Shown in pieces: positions 12,637-27,082 of a DNA stretch of 64,000 bases (the first letter of the stretch is position 1; the number at the start of each line of letters is the position of its first letter). Source of the stretch: Eledone cirrhosa (lineage: Eukaryota); assembly GCA_964016885.1 (NCBI GenBank), contig OZ024741.1:170314001-170378000 (forward strand), read 5' to 3'. The notes beneath the pieces are model-generated. The model was not told the origin of the DNA. It saw nothing but the letters and a program-made list of their open reading frames with translations, and made no database searches. The translations under genes were made by a program, and so were the position numbers.

Positions 12637-12884
12637 CTACATTAGCTTAATTGCTAATATTATTTCAGTGGTAAAAGATACAATTAAAATCATATAAATA
12701 CTAGACTTCACAATTCCTGATGATGTTTCATACATTAGGTGTAGATGATCTTGAGTTAAATAGCTTTGAATACTAGAGCCCGCTGTATTAATGGTAGAAG
12801 CGATGGACAGTGCATCTGTGTTAGAAATTGGAGCATGTTGTTGAATAGATATACGAGTATAGTGTTTCCCCAATGCAAAGTTGT
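12637..12884 (-). CDS. Candidate terminal exon of a protein with a hydrophobic (GPI-signal-like) C-terminus
   Basis: Acceptor-like ttctgacttttataatcctatcgtag|, open frame DNFALGKHY...TSSGIVKSSIYMILIVSFTTEIILAIKLM*, AATAAA repeats downstream; no homology recognised. Confidence 0.35.
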
Positions 12885-12930
12885 CTACGATAGGATTATA
12901 AAAGTCAGAACGTCAAAGATAAAGTGAAAG

Positions 12931-13136
12931 CCCTTCCTGAGCCTGGTGCTTATACCGGTTGCACCTGGGTTAAGCTCCTGAGAGTAGAAGACATTCCGCT
13001 GAACGTTAATCCATCGCTTGATTAACTCTCAGCTACTGCTGGTAACCATTTTTAGCTGAGTGTGCTCGAGACATGCGAAATGAAGTGCTTTGCTCAAGAA
13101 CACAACGCACCACCCTGTCTTGGAATCAAACCCACG
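12931..13136 (-). mobile_element. tRNA-derived SINE family 2 (CORE-like)
   Basis: Reverse complement gtgcgttgtgttcttgagcaaagcacttcatttc matches 59014-59130. Confidence 0.65.
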
Positions 13137-14159
13137 TAAAAGGACTAAATTACACATATCTAAATTATATATATATCATTTAGCCCAGCACTATACAGAT
13201 TGCTCCATCCTTTATAATTATAAATATTTCTTTCATTGGCATCCGCATATGAGAAGAAAGATTAATTTATCCTATTGATACGTTACTTAATTGGTACTTA
13301 TTTACACTCAGATCCATTAGAGAAATAGATATTGTCGATTTAACTAGGCAAAAGTTAAACTCTTATAGAAACGGCTATAAATAAAATCTGCGAGACATTT
13401 TGTCCAACGTTGTAATAATTTACAACTTTTTGCCTATAATAATTATAAATCTGACCTCGTTCGCATTGGATAGCTAAAGTACTTGTCCACCCCATAGCCA
13501 ACCATTTATAGTCTTTCAAATTGAATGACACACAAATTCAATTATCTAAGCAGCCAGCAAGCCAGACCGCCAGAATTTTAAAGATTTCTCTAGTGTATGA
13601 TAGGCCGAAAAATATATATAAAAAGTCATCTATATTTAGAGAATCTATCAATTAACAGGTTTAAATTGTATTTTAAGAGTGTTATTTTAAAAAAGAAAAT
13701 ATAGAAACATATATACATATATACAAACACACACACATAAGTTATTCACACAGGCTCATACATACGTACAAACGCACAATCATAATACATACATACCTAC
13801 ATACATACACACACATAGGTTCATACATTTATACATACATACATAAATACATACAGTTACGTACACATACATATACATACGCTCATACACACATGCCTAC
13901 ACACACATATAGTACATACGACCATGCACGCAAAAAAAAAAAGAAAAATACAAAACGAACGCTTTAGAATAAATGAAACTTCCAGACATCATTAGTCTTT
14001 GTCACGTTGAACGGGAAAAATTTAAATGCGAAGGAGGAGGTAAAATTTAAAACAAAAAATATTAATTATAAATAGGTTTTTAAATAGGCCACACATTTTG
14101 TGAAAGTACCATAGCCGATTGAATCAAACCTAGTATATGACTGGTACTTCATTTTAGCG

Positions 14160-14326
14160 CAGTAGTTCCCAAATTGGGTTTCGGAAAGGTATGTCTGGGG
14201 TTCTGTGAAAAAAGGTAGAGGAGTATATTTATATTACAACCATATGACACTATTAAACTTTGGGGTCCCCCGAAAAGTTTCTGAACCAAAAAGGATACTG
14301 CGTTTGAAAATGTTTTGGAAACCATG
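14160..14326. mobile_element. hAT MITE (MER5-like ends)
   Basis: CAGTAGTTCCCAAA ... TTTGGAAACCATG; 8-bp TSD TTTTAGCG on both sides. Confidence 0.8.
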
Positions 14327-14924
14327 TTTTAGCGTAAACACGATGGCATATATATTTTTTTGGAGGCTATAATCATTTGAATTAGCATCCGTATTTGGCC
14401 GGTATGTTATTTTAAGTTAGGCACAAGGACAATCATTTTGGGGTATTGCAATTGTGGTTTTAATACACTCCAGTATTTGACTGTGGACGCAGCAAGGTTG
14501 AATTTTTAAGGAGTTTGCCAGTTGGGTGACTGTCATTTAGCATAGAATCGAGTAAACCCCTGACTTGTCAGTGAAATTAGGTTAACGAAAATCGTTTGGA
14601 AGCCCGTCGGATAGACTGTATCTGTAATTTAAACGGCTAGCCTTGTCCCACTCTGAGTCACGCTGAATGAGTGAAATGCACAGCCAGTTACATTTCAATT
14701 TCATAAACAGATTTCCTACGTCGACGGAACAACTGTAAAACTCATCGTAGAAACCGACAGAGGTCCATTTCATTCCATTATTTTACTGGCATTTATTACA
14801 ACATTCTCTCATCGTTGTGAGAACGATGATCTGAAGCTTAGGCATCGGCAATACAAATGATAATTTACCATAATACATTATTGGTATCTGACATTAGAAG
14901 GTTCATCTACCTCTACCATAGGGT

Positions 14925-15585
14925 TTCTCATTAGGCCAACAATTTTGGGGGGAGTGGAATGTCGATTAAATTGACTCTAGTGCGTTACTGGTACTCTATT
15001 TTTATCGACTATGTAAGGATGGAAGGCAAAGCAAACTTTGGCGGATATTAGCTAAGAACGTAAAGAGACTTAACTATATGCTGCAAAGTATTTTCGTCCG
15101 ACGCTTTAACCCAAAAAGGGTTCCGCGTTTGAAAAAGTTTGGGAAACCCTGTTTTGTCGTAAACACAATGGTATATATATATATATTTTTGAGGCTATAA
15201 TCATTTGAATTAGCATCCGTATTTGGCCGGTATGTTAATTTAAGTTAGGCACAAGGTCAATCATTTTGGGGTGTTGCAATTGCTAACGTAAAGGGACGTA
15301 ACTATATGCTGCAAAGTATTTTTGTCCGACGCTTTAACCCCAAAAAGGTTCGGCGTTTATAAAATTTGGGAAACCCTGTTTTAGCGGGATATTTACTAAG
15401 AACGTAAAGGGACGTAACTATATGCCGCACAGTATTTTTGTCCGACGCTTTAACCCCAAAATGGTTCAGCGTTTATAAAGTTTGGGAAACCCTGTTTTAG
15501 CGGGATATTTACTAAGAACGTAAAGGGACGTAACTATATGCCGCACAGTATTTTTGTCCAATGCTTTAACGATTCTGCCAAACGT
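14925..15585 (-). repeat. SINE family 1 copy interrupted by chimeric SINE/MITE tandem duplications
   Basis: Recurrent ~115-bp unit aacgtaaagggacgtaactatatgc...ccgacgctttaacccc...gggaaaccctgttttagcg; 15108-15282 duplicates ~14285-14455. Confidence 0.75.
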
Positions 15586-15948
15586 CTACCTAATGCACGA
15601 TGCGATATGTTAGTGTCGGAGTTTATTCGATATAAAAGTTCCCTCAACATGACCCTACTTCATCGACTTATGAAAAATGAAAAGTAAGATCAACTTACGT
15701 GGGATTTGAATATTGAATAAGACGTATGACATCGAAACACATGTATACATGTTTACACAGATTTAGACATAAACAAATAAACATCCTGACAATTGAATTC
15801 ACAGTTACATGCCTAACTATTACATATACATATATTTCTCGAAGACAGACCAACACACTCAAATATGCCCAGACACAACAAAACACAATCAGATACTCCT
15901 ACATAGACACATACATATATACATATATACGTACATATGTATGTACTT

Positions 15949-16262
15949 ACATACATGATGGCTACCCCCTCGTTATCGAGTATGGCCATTGCACGATATA
16001 CCATTATTAATAATTATTAATTAATTCTATCGTGCAATGCCTGTGCGTGAAGATATTTTTTAAAGTGAGGAAAGACTGTGCACTGAGCCAATCTCACTCT
16101 CTGAGCGACAGTAGCTATAACCCGAAAAGAAGAAAAGATCAACATCATCGGTAACTACTGAGCAGCATGTTTTATATCGGAGTTATCCCTGTTTCCTGAG
16201 TTGCCCTCTCCTAGAAGAATGCCCTGACAAAGGCTAGGGGTCCTTCACTCCCAGTGGTTTAA
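15949..16262 (-). mobile_element. Bipartite non-autonomous RTE-derived element
   Basis: 3' ~48 nt nearly identical to LINE end 1302-1350 with ATGT tail; 5' part similar to 40810-40995; no ORF. Confidence 0.8.
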
Positions 16263-16421
16263 CCGCGTGGTATATACATATTTACACACTTTTGGTTTGC
16301 TGTTGACATTATGAGTTCTTCCGCTCTTACATACGTATATATATATATTGACTTAAGAACTCATGGTAGTCCCTTACAATTAAATAGCTCTAAGAAAAAA
16401 GCTTTTCCGAGCTGTACAATA

Positions 16422-16753
16422 TAATTGAATAAACAAGAGAGATGAACACTAATATAAACATACATGTGTTCGAATCGTAAGGACAAAAGTTTGCTAGGGG
16501 GAAAAAATACTATCTACAGCAATATGATTTGTTATCCTTAACTTTAAATATTAAATTGAGAAAAATAAAGAAAAATAACAGACCTATATTGGGTTAAAAC
16601 TTTTCTTAATTTATCTTAATTTAATATTTAAAGTTAAGGATAACAAATTATATTGCTGTAGTTAGTATTTTTTAACCCTAGTAAACTTTGGTCCTTACGA
16701 TTCGAACACATGTATGTTTATATTAGTGTTCATCTCTCTTGTTTATTCAATTA
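16422..16753. repeat. Fold-back element with ~140-bp arms
   Basis: 16422-16560 is the reverse complement of ~16612-16753 with few mismatches. Confidence 0.85.
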
Positions 16754-16934
16754 CATACATATGTATGCACTTACATACATACATGCGTACATACATACAT
16801 ATATACATACGTATATACATACAGACGTACGTACGCATATACATACATACATATATACGTACGTGTGCATGTACTTACATACATATGTATGTACTTACAC
16901 ACATACATATGTATGCATTTACATACACACGTAA

Positions 16935-17060
16935 TACATACATACGTACGTATATACATACAGACGTACGTACGTATATACATACAGACGCACGTACGTA
17001 TATACATACAGACGTACGTACGTATATACATACAGACGTACGTACGTATATACATACATA
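16935..17060. repeat. 24-bp minisatellite (tacgtacgtatatacatacagacg)n
   Basis: About 4-5 units; further copy at 17708-17748. Confidence 0.8.
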
Positions 17061-17252
17061 CATTGTTACGCACATTTTAAGACAAAACAAACTCAATATA
17101 TATGAATTCTTGTTGGTGTATTTAATATATTTAAGATATCACAACACCCACACCCGCCTACTACAGGCAACTTATCTATTGAAGTGCACACAGAAACCCA
17201 TACCTATACACACATTCACAAACATATATATGATCGTAATAATAGATCATCA

Positions 17253-17292
<40 letters not shown>

Positions 17293-17339
17293 TATATATA
17301 ATATATATATAATATATATATATATATTTATATATATAT

Positions 17340-17447
<108 letters not shown>

Positions 17448-17496
17448 TATTATGTGTGTGTATATATATATACACACACTCTCTATCTTTCTCTTT

Positions 17497-17583
<87 letters not shown>

Positions 17584-18220
17584 GGGGAGAGAGGGAGAGA
17601 GGGAGAGAGGGAGAGAGAAAAAAAGATGAAATCGAATATGCAACTGTAGTCTTATTTAAAAAAAAATATATATTTATTTGGTTCCTCTACCGGTTTCGCA
17701 GTTCTGCTTACAGACGCACGTACGTATATACATACAGACGTACGTACGTTCTCACAGGTGTGAGAAAAACCACAGACCCTCCAGTACACGCCAGACAACA
17801 ATATGAGGGTAATATAGACAACATAGAAATTAAAATAATATGTAAACATAGAAATGACCCAGCAGATAGGCAAATCAGAGAGGCCAGTGAAATAGAACTT
17901 GGAAGGCCTAAGCTAAACAGAAAAAATGAACAACAACACCCAAACAAACAATACTGACCTAAGAGAAATATAAATAAATAAATAAATATATACACAAGCA
18001 CAATGACAACAAACACATATAAACACACACTAGTAAACTAAGATAGAATACAATAACCAAAACACAGTCACCTAAACGCAAACACACATCAAACACTATA
18101 CACACACGCAAACGCATGCGCAGAGAAGACAAAAACCAAAATAAATAAATAAATAAATAAATAAACAGATTAAATAAAGATGGCATAGATATACAATACA
18201 ACAGGAGGAAACATAATAGC

Positions 18221-18265
18221 ACCACTGACGATGTTGCAGATGTGCAACGAAGAACTTTGTTAGAC
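18221..18265 (+). ncRNA. Degenerate hammerhead-like motif
   Basis: CTGACGA-t-gttgca-gatg-tgcaac-GAAG; perfect stem II but GAAA altered and stem I unclear. Confidence 0.35.
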
Positions 18266-18478
18266 TATATATATGTGTTTGTGTTTATATTATATCTGTA
18301 TTTTTTTACCGTTGTTATACTTTGGGAGGGTCATGTTGCCAATAAGAAACAAACGCACCAGTATTTCACTTCAATTTATTATAATAAATTTATAAATTTA
18401 GGAATTTATAAATTTCCGGTTGGTTGGTTGGTTCCACAACCAGATGATTGTTTATATATTGTCAAATTCAGAAACGAA

Positions 18479-18654
<176 letters not shown>

Positions 18655-18879
18655 GATGACCACATGCACATATATATACATACACAGGTACATATACGTA
18701 ATTATACTTACACCTCCATACACAAACACATACATAACTACACCTACACATACCTGCATACTACAGAACCGTACAAGCAGATTCTTCAAACGAATCTATG
18801 CGTACAAATACCTGCCCCACACGTATAGATACTCAAGTACATACAACTACGCAGTACATATATCGAAACACATTCAGCC

Positions 18880-20940
18880 ACACACACACAAATAAATATA
18901 CTTACATACACACACACATACACATACACACGACTAAATATACTTACACACACACACCAACACACATACCTATATATATTTACATACACACACACAGAAC
19001 TAAATATACTTACATACACACACACCATCACACACACTTAAATATACATACACACACACACAACTAAATATCTAAATATACTTATACACACACACACACA
19101 GCAACACACACAACTAAATATACATATATACACACACACCATCACACACAACTAAATATACTTACATACACACACACCAACACACACAACTAAATATGCT
19201 TACACACACACATACACACCAACACACAACTAAATATACTTACATACACACACACCAACACAAACAACTAAATATACCTACATACATACACACCAAACAC
19301 ACAACTATCTATATTTACATACACACACACACACACACCGACACACAGAACTAAACATACTTACACACACACACACCAACACACAACTAAATATAATTAC
19401 ACACACACACACCAACACACACAACTAAATGTAATTACACACACACACACCAACACACACAACTAAATATACTTACACACGCACACACACCAACACAACT
19501 AAATATACTTACATACACACACACCAACACACACAACTATCTATATTTACATACAAACACCCACACACACACTAACACACAACTAAATAAACTTACACAC
19601 ACACACACCAACACACACCTAAATATACTTACACACACACACACCAACACACAACTAAATATACTTACATACACACACACCAACACACAACTAAATATAC
19701 TTACATACACTCACACACACCAACACACAACTAAATATACTTACATACACACACACCAACACACACAACTAAATATACTTATATACACTCACACACACCA
19801 ACACACAACTAAATATACTTACATACACTCACACACACCAACACACAACTAAATATACTTACATACACACACACCAACACACACAACTAAATATACTTAC
19901 ATACACTCACACACACCAACACACAACTAAATATACTTACATACACACACACACCAACACACAACTAAATATACTTACATACACTCACACACACCAACAC
20001 ACAACTAAATACACTTACATACACACACTCCATCACACACAACTAAATATACTTACATACACTCACACACACCAACACACAACTAAATATACTTACATAC
20101 ACACACACCAACACACACAACTATCTATATTTACATACAAACACCCACACACACACTAACACACAACTAAATAAACTTACACACACACCAACACACACCT
20201 AAATATACTTACACACACACACACCAACACACAACTAAATATACTTACATACACACACACCAACACACAACTAAATATACTTACATACACTCACACACAC
20301 CAACACACAACTAAATATACTTACATACACACACACCAACACACACAACTAAATATACTTATATACACTCACACACACCAACACACAACTAAATATACTT
20401 ACATACACTCACACACACCAACACACAACTAAATATACTTACATACACACACACCAACACACACAACTAAATATACTTACATACACTCACACACACCAAC
20501 ACACAACTAAATATACTTACATACACACACACACCAACACACAACTAAATATACTTACATACACTCACACACACCAACACACAACTAAATACACTTACAT
20601 ACACACACTCCATCACACACAACTAAATATACTTACATACACTCACACACACCAACACACAACTAAATATACTTACATACAGACACACCAACACACAACT
20701 AAATATACTTACATACACACACACCAACACACACAACTAAATATACTTACATACACTCACACACACCAACACAACTAAATTCACTTACATACACACACTC
20801 CATCACACACAACTAAATATACTTATACACACACACACCAACACACAACTAAATATACTTACACATACACACACCAACACACACACCAGCACACACAACT
20901 AAATATACTTACATACACACACACTTACACACAACTACAC
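18880..20940. repeat. ~36-38-bp minisatellite (aactaaatatacttacatacacacacaccaacacac)n
   Basis: Direct reading, ~2 kb. Confidence 0.95.
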
Positions 20941-20984
20941 ACCTGCATGTAAACACCTACCCACTAACTAAGATATATATATAT

Positions 20985-22395
20985 AGACACAATATACACA
21001 CGTACATACGTTTATATACATACATGCACACAATATACACACGTATATATACATACGTACACACAATATATACACGTACATACGTATATATACATACATA
21101 CACACAATATACACACGTAAATACGTTTATATACATACATGCACACAATATACACACGTATATATACATATGTACACAATATACACACGTACATACGTTT
21201 ATATATATATATATATACACACAATATACACACGTATATATGCATACGTACACACAATATACACACGTACATACGTTTATATATATACATACACACAATA
21301 TACACACATACATACGTTTATATACATACATGCACACAATATACACACGTACATACGTTTATATACATACATGCACACAATATACACACGTATATATACA
21401 TACGTACACACAATATACACACGTGCATACGTTTATATTTATACATACACACAATATACACACGTACATACGTTTATATACATACATGCACACAATATAC
21501 ACACGTATATATACATACGTACACACAATATACACACGTACATACGTTTATATATATATACATACACACAATATACACACGTACATACGTTTATATACAT
21601 ACATGCACACAATATACAGACATATATATACATACGTACACACAATATACACACGTACATATGTATATATACATACATACACACAATATACACACGTACA
21701 TACGTTTATATACATACATGCACACAATATACACACGTATATATACATACGTACACACAATATACACACGTAGATACGTTTATATATATACATACACACA
21801 ATATACACACGTACATACGTTTATATACATACATGCACACAATATACACACGTATATATACATACGTACACACAATATACACACGTACATACGTTTATAT
21901 ATATACATACACACAATATACACACGTACATACATTTATATACATACATGCACACAATATACACACGTATATATACATACGTACACACAATATACACACG
22001 TTCATACGTTTATATATATACATACACACAATATACACACGTACATACGTTTATATACTTACATGCGCACAATATACACACGTATATATACATACGTACA
22101 CACAATATACACACGTACATACGTTCATATATATACATACACACAATATACACACGTACATACGTTTATATACATACATGCACACAATATACACACGTAT
22201 ATATACATACGTACACACAATATACATACACACATTATACACACATACATACGTTTATATACATACATACACACAATATACACACATATATATACATACG
22301 TACACACAATATACACACGTACATACGTTTATATATATAGATACACACAATATACACACATATATATACATATGTACACACAATATACACACCTA
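20985..22395. repeat. Compound minisatellite of alternating ~33-41-bp units anchored on cacacaatatacacacgta
   Basis: Direct reading; source of the HTIYT-rich pseudo-ORFs. Confidence 0.93.
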
Positions 22396-23074
22396 TATCT
22401 GTTAGAACACGAAAAGTGTGAAACAACAGAATGTTCACTTTTCGTGTTCTAACATATAATATAATATAACATATATGCCTAACTTCTTCATAAATTTTCC
22501 CGGGATAGCCGTGGTGGTGGTGATCGTATGTCATTGGCTAATTTTCAACCAATCAGAGTAAGTGTTGATATATATATATATATATATATATATACTATTC
22601 CCCCTCTCTCTATATATATGTTACGCTTTCGCTTTACACTCCTCCCCTTCAATAACACATTTCCCCCTCTCTATATATCTCTTCCACTGTTACTTACGCC
22701 TGTTTCTCTCTATATATATCTCTCTTACTCTTTCGCTTTGCACTCCTCCCCTTCAATACCATCTCTCCCCCTCTCTATATATTTGTTACTCTATCGCTGC
22801 ACGCTCCTCTCCTTCAATATATCAATTACACACGCTTTACACTCCTTTATCCCCAGCGCCCCTATATATACACCCCCCCTCCCGCATCTATATTTTAATG
22901 TTCCGTTGCACCGTGAATATATGTGTCTATATATATATACATATATATTGTATATACACATTCATGTATGTGTATACACACTCATGTATGTATATACACT
23001 GGTTTTATGTGTGTATTGTAAATTTGTACTGTTAAAACACGAAACTAACATTCGATTGACACTTTGATTACCTG

Positions 23075-23134
23075 TACAGGCAATAGTTATTAGAATGCTG
23101 TTGAAGTGTGTATATATTTTTGGGGGACATCCTG
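23075..23134 (-). mobile_element. Solo Tc1/mariner-type terminal repeat
   Basis: Reverse complement TA|CAGGATGTCCCCCAAAAATATATACACACTT. Confidence 0.5.
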
Positions 23135-23902
23135 TATATACACACATTATATATAATACAATAAACAGATAAATACACACATATATATATGAGCTTATTT
23201 AATTATAAATATTGTGAATTTTTAACTCAGTTCAATTATATATATAAATGGCTTCTACAGGACTAGAACTGTTTCATTCGAAAGAAATCATCATAATATT
23301 GAGAGGGGGGACTAGATAAAATATTTCAAATCAAATGTGTATAAGTTATAAGTTAAAATGTATAAATAGAGACGATAGTGGAGGTATATCTGTTTAGTGG
23401 AACAGTAGACGATAGAATTAAATACAGACGAGAATCTCCCTTTAATGAAACAGTAGACGATAGAATTAAGGCAATTTAAATTTTAAGCATTTGCCTTTCA
23501 TCGTTACGGGTCGATAAAATAAAGTACCAGTAATACACTCTCACTATAAGTAGACGACTTTCAAATTGAATTGTTGGTTCCATTTCTTTAGTATTTTCAA
23601 TTGTAGTTATCTACTTAAAAAGCGTTACACGGTTAGAGACATAATTGGTAAGTTATATCTTCCCTATTAAACCATTGCATTATTTCGCCTACAATAGAAC
23701 AAAAATGAAATGTTCTTTAAAGAAACAGGAATATAACTTTATAAAAAAAAAAGTTGCATCCGCTTCTTTTATCATTGATAATTTTTTCTTTTTAATATTA
23801 ATTGTTTTTTGTAGTTGTTTATATTAAAAATCTTACTGTAATATTTACTTAAACGAAGGCAGACATCTAAACTTATAGCTTAATCTTGAGCGAAGGACTA
23901 GA

Positions 23903-24401
<499 letters not shown>

Positions 24402-24479
24402 CGTATGATTAGAACTGTGTTTATTATTAATATTTTAATGGATTTAATGAAAAATTTTAGGTGTTCATATATATATTCT

Positions 24480-24539
24480 AAAAATGCGCGAAATCGTGAA
24501 TCCGCGATAGTTGAACCGCCAAGTAGCGAGGTATCACTG
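24480..24539. mobile_element. Tigger/pogo-like terminal fragment
   Basis: ccgcgatagttgaaccgccaagtagcgaggtatcactg|TA, similar to the right end of 7782-8157. Confidence 0.55.
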
Positions 24540-25234
24540 TATATATGTTTAAATATATAGTGTAGCTGTGATGTATCTCGCGAGTGAATCGAGACCTGTC
24601 ACTGATTTTGGTGTCCCCACTGCCGATGTGAATGAGCAACGCTGCACTTGTGAATTGGGTCTTGATGTTGCAGGCAGTTCATATACTTAATGATGCGGTC
24701 CCACAAGCTTGTTCACATTCCTGTGCTAATAATCTAGATGGGCGTATTAAATTGGATGTGAAAACAGCTTACCGGATGCGGAATCGGGAGAAGTTGAGAC
24801 AAAAATAGGCCGATTATAGAGCTGTGAATTTTGCTAAATTAACACAAAAACAGGCCAAGTATAGATGTTCAAAACGGTATGAGTTGGCAAACAAGCAGGC
24901 CAAGTATAGATCTGCAAATTCAGCTATTATATCTCAAAAGCAATCCGAGCATAGAGCTTCTAAACGTACCGAGTTGGCTAAAGAGCAGACCAAGTACAGA
25001 TCTGCAAATATCTTATTGCACAAACAATAATTCTGCACAAATGTTGCTCCATTATTAGATCTAATGTTGCAACGATACAGTTAAATGTTGTCTGTGTATT
25101 TTAAAAAAGATTTGCTTATAATCTTTTCAAATTTCATTACGCCAATGATTCAAGCTCAAATTGACATTATCTAAAAAACTGTACAAACAGCGGTGGATTA
25201 GCAGTAGTGAACAGATAAATCAGTCAATTTATTA

Positions 25235-25895
25235 AGATTGACTTGGCATCAATCAGCAAGACCTTCATTAGCTGCTCTCCAGCCATCTATTTAAAGCTGT
25301 ATACATCTATGGTACGAATACACTTGGAGTTCGCGTCATCAGTCTGGAACCTCTATCTTGCTCAGAACATTGACCTCCTGGAAACTGTTCAGAGACATGC
25401 AACCAAGCGCATACCCTCCATCAGACACCTACCATACCCTGAATATTTTGCTTCCCTCTGGCAATGGACTTGGTAAACACCCACAAAGTTATTAACCATC
25501 CGACCAACAACAACCCCGAACACCTTTTTGATCTCCATGTGTCTAACACGTGGACATGCCTACAAAGTCAGAAAACAACACAGCTCCCATGACTTTAGGA
25601 AATATTTCTTCATGCTCAGAGTTGCTGAAGGATGGAACAAACTTCCTGCATCAGTTGTTAGCTGATGACACACTGCATCCTTTAAAACCATCATACATTC
25701 CGAAATACACCAAAACTATACCTGATGTCCCCCTTCCATACACATGCACATATGTGTATATCATGACTCATGCACTGTTCTTTTTTCATGACGTTTTTAT
25801 ATTACCCTATGTATTATATATGCACTTTTGATGAGTTGTAGTGCACCTCAGCATTGTACACAATATTTTCATTATTATTATCATTATTATTATTA
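25235..25895 (+). mobile_element. CR1-clade LINE 3' fragment, decayed
   Basis: LKLYTSMVRIHLEFASSVWNLYLAQNIDLLETVQRHATKRIP is a CR1 post-RT motif; frameshifts; (ATT)n tail ~25871-25895. Confidence 0.85.
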
Positions 25896-26362
25896 CACTC
25901 ATTGATCCATTTTGCACTAACTCTGCATCAAGCACCCTCACCTAAATATTAACCAATCAAGGATCCAATACAGCTATCTGTTGGATGAGTATTGTATAGT
26001 GCCAAAAACGAAACCAATCAGTTTAGCAGAAAGTTTCCAGACAAGAAACACGCACATTTTGCTATCCTCAAACACGTTTACACATGGCATGAAATATAAC
26101 TAATCCGAGATGGCTAGGTTTCATCTTCTAACTGGATATACGAAATCCATTATGTCTTGACAACAACATGAGGTAACATTATGTTATTCACAGACACACT
26201 TTGTACACTGTTCCATATCAGAATGTATTTCCTTCGTCACATTCACAAACAGTATTGAAAATATGTTCTTCGGCAAATAAAAATGTTTTGTTCATAATAT
26301 TTCAACTAGCGATTGCACTACTCCACGCACGACCACCATAAATTAATGACCAGCTCAACACA

Positions 26363-26535
26363 AGTATTGGTAGAGCGTCAGACACCATGCTTTGCAGTAT
26401 TGTTATGGTCCTTTGCATTCTAAGTTCAAATCCTGCCGAGGTTAACTTCGACTTTCATACTTACTAATTCGATAAAATAAAGTACCAGTAATGGACTGCC
26501 GTAATGGATTTGTGCCGAAAAATAGAAACACTATT
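26363..26535 (+). mobile_element. SINE family 1, diverged
   Basis: B-box aagttcaaatcc and core. Confidence 0.7.
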
Positions 26536-27082
26536 AATGTGCAATAAGAGCAAAATATAACGACATTGCTCAATTATTTTATCTAATGTAATAACACAAG
26601 GAAATGTTGTTTGTGTATTTTTTTTTATATTTGCTCATAGGCTTTTACAATTTCGCTCAGCCAACAACTATTAAAAAGTGAGTTGCTTAAGATAACAATT
26701 TAATCACAAATTGTTGCTATCTTTTAATACACTCCAACAAGTCATCAAATTATGTACAATAAAAACAAATCTTATTAATTTGTTCAGGGAATATAAAGAA
26801 AATGTATATACACTGATAATTGCAATTGTATGTAAATATTTTGTTTTTGTATTGTTTATTTTATGTTTTCTATTATGTATAATATATTGATTTAATATTG
26901 ATTGTTTTTTGTAGTTGTTTATATTAAAAGTCTGAAAATATTTTTATACATCTTACACTAATATTTATAAGATAATTTATAATAACAATTACATAATCTA
27001 ATTACATTACAACGATAATTTATTATTAATATATATCCTGTTTAACTAGAGTTATTACAAGCGTTGCCTTAAAAAAAATTAA

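Noticed and set aside
21024-22452. Long ORFs (249-437 aa) rich in H/T/I/Y
   Set aside because: Translations of a minisatellite, open in all three frames only because the unit lacks stop codons
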